Source of the DNA: Ktedonobacterales bacterium
Lineage (GTDB): Bacteria; Chloroflexota; Ktedonobacteria; Ktedonobacterales; JADMIN01
Assembly (NCBI GenBank): GCA_030167145.1
Contig: CP126532.1
Coordinates: 2,100,001-2,132,000 of the forward strand
Direction: 5' to 3'
Length of the DNA: 32,000 nucleotides
Part shown: positions 26,483-32,000 of the stretch, in pieces
Layout: each line of letters begins with the position of its first letter
Numbering within the stretch: position 1 is the first letter of the stretch
Made by a program: the position numbers and the translations under genes
Notes under the pieces: model-generated
The model's database searches: none
What the model saw: the letters and a program-made list of their open reading frames with translations, nothing else
Told to the model about the DNA's origin: nothing

Positions 26483-27673
26483 ATGGGCGCGGCGCTGAGC
26501 TTCGAGGTGGTGGGGCGCGATACGGCGACAGCGGCGCGGGCTGGGGTGGTGCGGACGCCACACGGCGATATTCCCACGCCGGTATTCATGCCGGTGGGCA
26601 CGCACGCGACGGTGAAGGCGGTGGGGCCGGACGATCTGGAGCGAATGGGCGCGAGCATCGTGCTCTCGAACACGTATCACCTGCTGCTGCGTCCAGGGCC
26701 AGAGGTGGTGTCGCACTTCGGAGGGTTGCACGGCTTCATGCGCTGGGAGCGCCCGATTCTGACGGATAGCGGGGGCTTTCAGGTGTTCAGCCTGGGCAAC
26801 CTGCGCGAGATTTCGGATGATGGGGTGCGTTTCCGCTCGCACCTGGACGGGGCGGAGTTCGTGCTGACGCCGGAGCGGGTGATGGAGATCGAGGCGCTGC
26901 TAGGCGCGGACATCATTCTGCCGCTGGATGTGTGCCCGCCGTATCCGTGCCCGCCCGAAGAGGCGCAGGCAGCGACGGAGCGCACTCACCGCTGGGCGGA
27001 GCGCGCGCTGGCATCAAAGGTGCGCGCGGACCAGGCGCTCTTCGGCATTCCGCAGGGTGGGATGGATGCAGAGTCGCGGGCGACGAGCGCACGGTTCATC
27101 GGCTCGCTGCCATTCGATGGCTTTTCGATTGGCGGGCTGTCGGTCGGGGAGCCGAAGGAACTGATGTGGCAGATGCTGGAGGTCGCAGTGCCGGAGCTGC
27201 CGGACGCCAAGCCACGACACCTGCTGGGGGTCGGATCGCCGGATGATCTGCTGGAAGGCGTGGCGCGGGGCATAGATATGTTCGATTGTGTGCTGCCAAC
27301 GCGGACGGCGCGCACTGGCGGCCTGTACACACCTGCCGGACGCATCAACATCCGCGCGGCGCGCTGGCGCGAGGAACGTGGGCCGGTGGACGCGACCTGC
27401 GATTGCTACACCTGCCAGACCTTCAGCGCGGGCTATCTGCACCATCTGATCCGCGCGGAGGAGGATGAGACCAAGGGCGAGTTGCTGTATTACCGGCTGG
27501 CGAGCATCCACAACCTGCGCTTCCTGATCCGCTTGATGGAGGGCGCGCGGGCGGCGATCCTGGATGGCACGTTCGGGGAGTACCGGGCGCGCTTCCAGGA
27601 GGGCTTCACGCCGCCGAACCGCGAGATTGCCGAGGAGCAGCGGCGCAAACGTGGCAACCGGGAAGATCGTTAG
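26483..27673 (+). CDS. tgt: tRNA-guanine transglycosylase (queuine tRNA-ribosyltransferase)
   Basis: ARAGVVRTPHGDIPTPVFMPVGTHATVK, LSNTYHLLLRPG, LTDSGGFQVFSL, GLSVGE and the zinc motif CDCYTCQ...HHL. Start set at ATG 26483 (MGAALSFEVV) by analogy with known Tgt N-termini. In-frame ATGs at 26465 and 26423 lie inside the hairpin repeats. Confidence 0.9.
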   Translation: MGAALSFEVVGRDTATAARAGVVRTPHGDIPTPVFMPVGTHATVKAVGPDDLERMGASIVLSNTYHLLLRPGPEVVSHFGGLHGFMRWERPILTDSGGFQVFSLGNLREISDDGVRFRSHLDGAEFVLTPERVMEIEALLGADIILPLDVCPPYPCPPEEAQAATERTHRWAERALASKVRADQALFGIPQGGMDAESRATSARFIGSLPFDGFSIGGLSVGEPKELMWQMLEVAVPELPDAKPRHLLGVGSPDDLLEGVARGIDMFDCVLPTRTARTGGLYTPAGRINIRAARWREERGPVDATCDCYTCQTFSAGYLHHLIRAEEDETKGELLYYRLASIHNLRFLIRLMEGARAAILDGTFGEYRARFQEGFTPPNREIAEEQRRKRGNREDR

Positions 27674-28146
27674 GCGGTCTTGAAGGTCATGGCGACTTTG
27701 CCCAGGCGCAGTTCGTCGCCGTCTTTGATGGGCGCGGGCGTTTTGGGGTCCAGCTTCTGGCGGTTGATGAAGGTGGAGTTGGTGCTTTGCAGGTCTTCGA
27801 CCATGCACTGGCTGCCGTTGATGTGGAGCTTGGCGTGCATGCGCGAGACGCCGCCGTCTTCGCCGCCGTGGGGGGTCAGGTCTACATCGGGATAGATGTT
27901 GCTGACGGGGTCTTCGCGGCCAATCAGGACTTCAGTTTTGCCGGAGAGGTCGAAGACAGCATTGTCAGATTGGACGATCAGCTTGGGCGCGAGCGCGGCA
28001 GCAGGCGCAGGCGTGGGAACGACGGGCGCACCAGCGGCGGGCGTGGCGGTGGCGACGGCGCTACTGGCGTCGAGCCGCTCGCCACATTCGTCGCAGAACG
28101 CGGAGCCGTCAGGGTTGACATGGCCGTTGGAACAGGTGACGCTCAT
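27670..28146 (-). CDS. FHA-domain protein with N-terminal zinc-ribbon
   Basis: The N-terminus CSNGHVNPDGSAFCDECGERL is followed by an Ala/Pro linker. The FHA core is VLIGRED...VSRMHAKLHINGSQCMVEDLQSTNSTFINRQKL...GDELRLG. GGAGG lies 9 nt before the ATG. The stop overlaps the tgt stop (TTAG at 27670-27673). Confidence 0.9.
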   Translation of the reverse strand: MSVTCSNGHVNPDGSAFCDECGERLDASSAVATATPAAGAPVVPTPAPAAALAPKLIVQSDNAVFDLSGKTEVLIGREDPVSNIYPDVDLTPHGGEDGGVSRMHAKLHINGSQCMVEDLQSTNSTFINRQKLDPKTPAPIKDGDELRLGKVAMTFKTA

Positions 28147-28234
28147 TATTCTTCTCCTCCATGGGAAATGCGAGATGGTCTATCTGCTCGCTCTAGTATG
28201 CCACGCGCCAGCAAGAATCGCACGCCGAGCGGGC

Positions 28235-28256
28235 GGACAGACAAGAATATCCGTCC
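28235..28256. repeat. 22-nt hairpin repeat, copy 3 (vWA-FHA intergenic region)
   Basis: GGACAGACA-AGAA-TATCCGTCC. Stem position 3 changes G-C to A-T. The two plus-strand mismatches both become G-U pairs on the minus strand. The 5' flank GAGCGGGC is shared with copy 1. Confidence 0.5.
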
Positions 28257-28303
28257 CACCGCGAGACCGATGCGACGCCAGCGGGCGGTTGAAACCGCGC
28301 GAC

Positions 28304-28353
28304 GGGCGTCCACCGGACGCCCCTACGGACGCGAAACCCGCGCAGGCGGGTTT
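28304..28353 (-). terminator. two consecutive hairpins downstream of the vWA gene
   Basis: AAACCCGC-GCAG-GCGGGTTT (28334-28353) starts 8 nt after the stop. GGGCGTCC-ACC-GGACGCCC lies at 28304-28322. Only a 3-U run follows, so terminator function is uncertain. Confidence 0.35.
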
Positions 28354-28360
28354 GAGGGCG

Positions 28361-29581
28361 CTAGAACGATTGGGTGAGTTTGCGGGTCTTGTTGACGATG
28401 GTCTTGACATCCTCCGATGAGAGCGCGCCACCAGCAGCAGCGGCTTGATCGAGCAGGCGCTGCGTTTCGGGGTCGAGGATGCGCGTGACGTTGGGCGCAA
28501 GCCGCGTGGTGACTTTGCCGGTCTTTTTGTATTCGTCGAGCACCTTGGTGACGAGGCGGTGGGCGTTGGCCTTTTCGACGTAGTTGAGCACGGTCGGGTT
28601 GGCGTCAGTCGGCTGAATCGTCTCGGTGGTAAAGGTGACGACGGCATCGGCGCGGAGCTTTTCGGAGGCCTGGCCCGGCACATCGTAGCTTAGCTCTGCC
28701 TGGGCGATGCGGAAGGCGCCAGCGGGCTTCGGCTCAACCAGCAGTTCGAGCAGCACGGCCTGCGGGTTGTCGCGTTCTAGGTCGCCCAGCGGCAGCGCGA
28801 CCTGACGGTCGGAGAGGACTTCCTGGCTTTGCTCGCCGATGATCGGCAGCACTTTGATGGCGCGCTTGGGCGTGACGCCGGTGGGCAGGCGCACGGTAAG
28901 CTGGGAGTTGCGGGCGCTGACGGAGGCGGCGCTCTGGAAGAGGCGCTGGAAGATGCCGAGCGCGTCTTCGGGGCGGCGGATGAACTCGGAGGGGACGCCG
29001 CTGCTGCGCTGACCGATATTGTCGAGCAGATCCTGGTCCCAGTCGGCGCCGATGCCGAGGGGATAGATGCCAACGCCTGAGGCGGCGGCGTCGTCGGCGA
29101 TGCGGCGGCAGCGGTCGGCGTCGCCGTAGGTCACGCCGTCGGTGAGGACGATCATGCGGTTGACGAGGGTGGGCGCGGCGTGCTTACGGAGTTCGGTGAG
29201 GCCGACGCTCATGCCGAGCGACATGGCGGTGCCGCCGCCGTCTTTGATGCCGTCTACGGCGGCAATGAGCAATTCTTTATCTACGACGGGCTGCGCGGGC
29301 ACGACGACACGCACATTGTCGTCGAAGATGACGACGGAGACGATGTCGTTGCGGGCCATGTGGTTGATGACGAGCTTGACCGACTCTTTGACGGACTTGA
29401 GCTTCGCGCCTTTCATCGAGCCGGAATGGTCGAGCACGAGCGCCAGATTGAGCGGCATGCGCGCGGCGGTGACGGGCGCGCTGGGGCGGGCTTCGACGAG
29501 CACATAGGCGAGCTGGCTGCCGCCGGTGACGCTCATGCGCTCACGGCCCACCTGACAGGTTAACGCTACTTCCCCGGACAT
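28361..29581 (-). CDS. von Willebrand factor type A (vWA) domain protein
   Basis: MIDAS motif LVLDHSGSM, then DGGGTAM and IVLTDGVTYGD, with a roughly 190-aa beta-rich C-terminal region. ATG 29581 (MSGEVALTC) follows GAGAGGAG. The ORF-track start at 29653 is the alternative. Confidence 0.85.
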   Translation of the reverse strand: MSGEVALTCQVGRERMSVTGGSQLAYVLVEARPSAPVTAARMPLNLALVLDHSGSMKGAKLKSVKESVKLVINHMARNDIVSVVIFDDNVRVVVPAQPVVDKELLIAAVDGIKDGGGTAMSLGMSVGLTELRKHAAPTLVNRMIVLTDGVTYGDADRCRRIADDAAASGVGIYPLGIGADWDQDLLDNIGQRSSGVPSEFIRRPEDALGIFQRLFQSAASVSARNSQLTVRLPTGVTPKRAIKVLPIIGEQSQEVLSDRQVALPLGDLERDNPQAVLLELLVEPKPAGAFRIAQAELSYDVPGQASEKLRADAVVTFTTETIQPTDANPTVLNYVEKANAHRLVTKVLDEYKKTGKVTTRLAPNVTRILDPETQRLLDQAAAAGGALSSEDVKTIVNKTRKLTQSF

Positions 29582-29772
29582 CCTCGCCGGCTCCTCTCTC
29601 TTGAAGCCCTCGCTCGCGCGAAGAGCGAAACGTTTTGGCTCACGATACTGCACACCATACGCACAACGCGCATGAGCGATGCCACCGACGCGCTGGAGAG
29701 CGGCGGGGGCTGTCTATCGGCTACTACGTAAGGATGTGCGGGGAGGTTGCGGCATAGGGTTCAAGCCAGCAC

Positions 29773-30201
29773 CTAGGGGACAGGCACGCGGATAAAACCG
29801 GCCTGGCTGAAGTGATGATCGGTGGTGAACGCTTCGCTCATGCCGAATTGCTGCATGAGAACGAAACTTGCGGCATCCACAAGTGACCATTCCTTATCGG
29901 AATACTGTTCGAGTAGCGCCTATGCAGCGTCATCAGTCGCTTTATCAATGTGCACGATTCGCAGGTGTGAGATCGTCTTGATCCGGCTGATGATGGTGAG
30001 TATCTGGGGGCGTATAAATCGCGAGCGCGTCGTCAATAGCGCGATCAACTCGGCTAGGACGTAATTGGTGGTTACAAGCTGACGTTTGCTGGCGATCAGT
30101 TGCCGGTAATACGCCTCCATTGCATCATGATCCGCGCTGTTATGCACAAGTGGCTCGGCCCAGCCAGAGGTATCTACAAAGACACTACTCTGCGTGGGCA
30201 T
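29773..30201 (-). pseudogene. PIN-domain (VapC-like) toxin gene interrupted by a single in-frame TAG
   Basis: Codons 1-93 (MPTQSSVFVDTSGWAEPL...NYVLAELIALL...) stop at TAG 29920-29922. The same frame continues ALLEQYSDKEWSLVDAASFVLMQQFGMSEAFTTDHHFSQAGFIRVPVP to TAG 29773-29775. This restores a 142-aa PIN with the conserved acidic positions (FVDTS, AE, LVDA, TTDHHF). Confidence 0.75.
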
Positions 30202-30454
30202 TCAGCGCCTCCTCTGCGATGGCTTCATCATGCTTCCGTATCGCGTCGGGACTTGTCAACTCGCCGGTGCCGAGGAACTCCGCGAGCGGGTCTTCGGCTG
30301 GGTCATAATGGAATGTTTCGGGAGCCGGTTCCGCCTGCTCGCGCAGGGCAAGCGCCCAGGCCTGGATAAACTCTTCGGGCTTTTGGCCATGCTTTGCGGC
30401 GTATACTTTGATTGTCTGATACACGTTGTCGGGGAGATAAATTGCGTGGCTCAT
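30185..30454 (-). CDS. putative antitoxin of the PIN module
   Basis: An 89-aa ORF directly upstream of the PIN gene, overlapping it by 17 nt. ATG 30454 lies 7 nt after AGGAG. The N-terminal MSHAIYLPDNVYQTIKVYAAKHGQKPEEFIQAWA looks like a strand-helix DNA-binding antitoxin, and the C-terminus is acidic. The family was not identified. Confidence 0.6.
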   Translation of the reverse strand: MSHAIYLPDNVYQTIKVYAAKHGQKPEEFIQAWALALREQAEPAPETFHYDPAEDPLAEFLGTGELTSPDAIRKHDEAIAEEALNAHAE

Positions 30455-30496
30455 GTAAACTCTCCTGTCGGGCAATTGGTGTATGCTCGAAAGCCT

Positions 30497-31183
30497 TCAT
30501 CTGCCGACATCACGACCTGGCTGGAGATAGATCTTGAGATCACTCCAAGGTATGCCCAGGTAATCCAATAGATGTCTCATTTTGTCACGGTTTTGGTTGC
30601 TTTCTCCATGCCCATTAGCATAGAGATTCATAGAAATCCTGAGCGGAACTCGAAGGCCCGCAGAAGTATGCGAAAATCTAGTGTTGAGATTAGAGTTAAA
30701 CTCCGGATTTTGAGGTAATAGCGCGAATTTTTCAGGATGCAGGGTATATAAATATTGGCACAAACTCTGGTACATTCGTACCCATGACTGAATACCTCTT
30801 ACCGCGTGGCCGTGCAGGATGAAACCCAGGGGTTTTGTGCCATTGAAGTTTTCCTCCAGAGTATGGGGCTTGTAGCCATCTAGCTTTTGGACGATGCGCT
30901 CATTGGATATGGGAGACGTCAGCTCTAAGGTAGCGGCCTGATCCATCTCCACATGCATATACTCTTGTATTAGAGTAGAGATCTCGGAAGAGAGTTTTTG
31001 GAAAGCATCGAGTTTCCCGCTATAAGCACCTAGACGTTCAGTGTTCTCTGTTCGCGATGAATTGCGAGCACCTATGGCGTGCTTTATGTCCTCGAACAAG
31101 TCTAGAAGACCCTCGTTCACGCTTTCGAGATCGCTCAGGATGCGCACGACATGCTCATTCTCGCTCACGAACCGCCTCCTCAT
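30497..31183 (-). CDS. hypothetical protein in the low-GC cassette
   Basis: A 228-aa ORF in a segment where hand-counted 60-nt lines give 35-48% G+C. The best start may be GTG 31168, 6 nt after AGGAGG. The N-terminal half is helical. The C-terminal part contains NQNRDKMRHLLDYLGI, an R-x4-H pattern. Confidence 0.6.
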   Translation of the reverse strand: MRRRFVSENEHVVRILSDLESVNEGLLDLFEDIKHAIGARNSSRTENTERLGAYSGKLDAFQKLSSEISTLIQEYMHVEMDQAATLELTSPISNERIVQKLDGYKPHTLEENFNGTKPLGFILHGHAVRGIQSWVRMYQSLCQYLYTLHPEKFALLPQNPEFNSNLNTRFSHTSAGLRVPLRISMNLYANGHGESNQNRDKMRHLLDYLGIPWSDLKIYLQPGRDVGR

Positions 31184-31209
31184 TGTTCTAACAATAAAGT
31201 GCCTCCTTC

Positions 31210-31238
31210 ATTATATCTCAATTAGCCGTGGATTTCGA
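31210..31238 (-). promoter_or_regulatory. candidate promoter of the low-GC cassette
   Basis: On the minus strand: TCGAAA (31238-31233), 17-nt spacer, perfect TATAAT (31215-31210). It straddles the PP2C stop codon. Confidence 0.35.
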
Positions 31239-32000
31239 TGACGATGGCGGAGATGTTGTCGTCGCCGCCGTTGGCGTTGGCGGCGGTGATGAGCTGGTCG
31301 CAGGCGTCCTGGGGGTTGGGGGTGTTGGTGAGGATGCGGGCGATCTCGTCGTCGCGAACCATCTCCCAGAGACCGTCGCAGCAGAGCAGCAGGCGCATGC
31401 CGGGGCGCAGTTTTTGCTCGAAGAGGTCAAATTTGAGGTCGGGGTCGTCGCCGAGGCTGCGGAAGATCTGATTGCGGTTGGGGTGGGTATAGCGTTCTTC
31501 TGGCTCAATGAAGCCACCGGCGACGAGTTGCTCGACGAGTGAGTGGTCGGTGGTGATGCGACGCAGTTCGCCGCCGTCGAAGACGTAGGCACGGCTGTCG
31601 CCAGCGTTGATGAGATAGGCGGTGTCACCGAAGAGCAGCGCGGCCACGAGGGTCGAACCCATGTCGGCGCCCGCCTTGTCGTTGGCTTCGCAGAGTGCGG
31701 CATTAGCGGCGCGGGCAGCGTCGTGGAGGGCGGACTTGAGCTGATCGGGGGTGGGGTCGGCGGCGGCGGCGAGATCCACCGCTGGCAGGGCGACGGCGCG
31801 CAGCACATCGGTGATGAGCAGCCGCGCGACGAGGCGGCTGGCATCCTGACCGTTGACGTGGCCGCCGAGGCCGTCGGCGACGGCAAAGAGGCCGAGCGCC
31901 TGATGCTGCGAATCGTTGACCACATCGAGTTGGGCGAGGGCGATGCTATCTTCGTTGTGGTCAGTCTTGCGGAGGCCGATGTCGCTGGCCGCTCCGGAGA
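31222..32000 (-). CDS. PP2C-family Ser/Thr protein phosphatase (5' end beyond the window)
   Basis: DIGLRKTDHNEDS, FAVADGLGGH, DMGSTLVAALL, INAGDSRAY, LLLCCDGLW and GGDDNISAIVIE are the PP2C/PPM motifs. The frame stays open to position 32000, so the ORF-track start at 31923 (GTG) is internal. Confidence 0.9.
   Translation of the reverse strand, partial: SGAASDIGLRKTDHNEDSIALAQLDVVNDSQHQALGLFAVADGLGGHVNGQDASRLVARLLITDVLRAVALPAVDLAAAADPTPDQLKSALHDAARAANAALCEANDKAGADMGSTLVAALLFGDTAYLINAGDSRAYVFDGGELRRITTDHSLVEQLVAGGFIEPEERYTHPNRNQIFRSLGDDPDLKFDLFEQKLRPGMRLLLCCDGLWEMVRDDEIARILTNTPNPQDACDQLITAANANGGDDNISAIVIEIHG

Noticed and set aside
27670-27673. Convergent overlap of the tgt and FHA stop codons (TTAG)
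   Set aside because: The overlap is real but trivial. A 4-nt stop-stop overlap of convergent genes is common in compact genomes, and no terminator or regulatory structure is implied.
29745-29775. tRNA-like T-loop string GGTTCAAGCC
   Set aside because: No acceptor, D or anticodon stems can be built around it. It lies at the PIN gene's 3' end.
29822-30064. 80-aa plus-strand ORF
   Set aside because: It is antisense to the PIN gene, whose two halves have clear family motifs.
31218-31925. 235-aa Pro/Ser/Thr/Ala-rich ORF in an alternative minus frame
   Set aside because: It is an alternative frame of the PP2C gene, and the PP2C frame carries all the PPM motifs.

Overview
High-GC bacterial chromosomal window. 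Hand counts of 60-nt lines in coding regions give about 57-73% G+C. It is mostly core or housekeeping genes. The content suggests a Terrabacteria or Chloroflexota-like organism; this is inference only and cannot be verified here. Confident calls: a divergent GntR regulator and FAD oxidoreductase pair; ybeY-dgkA; plsC-cmk; a complete hrcA-grpE-dnaK-dnaJ heat-shock operon with two CIRCE-like operators; glnA; a translationally coupled PadR-MFS(DHA2) pair; tgt; and an FHA / vWA / PP2C phospho-signalling cluster on the minus strand. Less ordinary content: (1) a three-gene operon of two divergent DUF488 paralogs plus a protein I cannot assign (2.55-4.35 kb); (2) a near-consensus promoter followed by a ~390-nt structured leader and a terminator-like hairpin upstream of a secreted protein of unknown family (11.4-11.85 kb); (3) a 22-nt hairpin repeat present three times, with compensatory base changes and mismatches that become G-U pairs only on the minus strand (26.41, 26.45 and 28.24 kb); (4) a ~1.45-kb low-GC three-gene cassette inserted between the PP2C and vWA genes. 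This cassette holds an orphan protein, an antitoxin-like gene and a PIN toxin carrying one in-frame TAG. No rRNA, tRNA, CRISPR array or transposase could be supported. All family assignments come from motif recognition by eye; no database search was possible.
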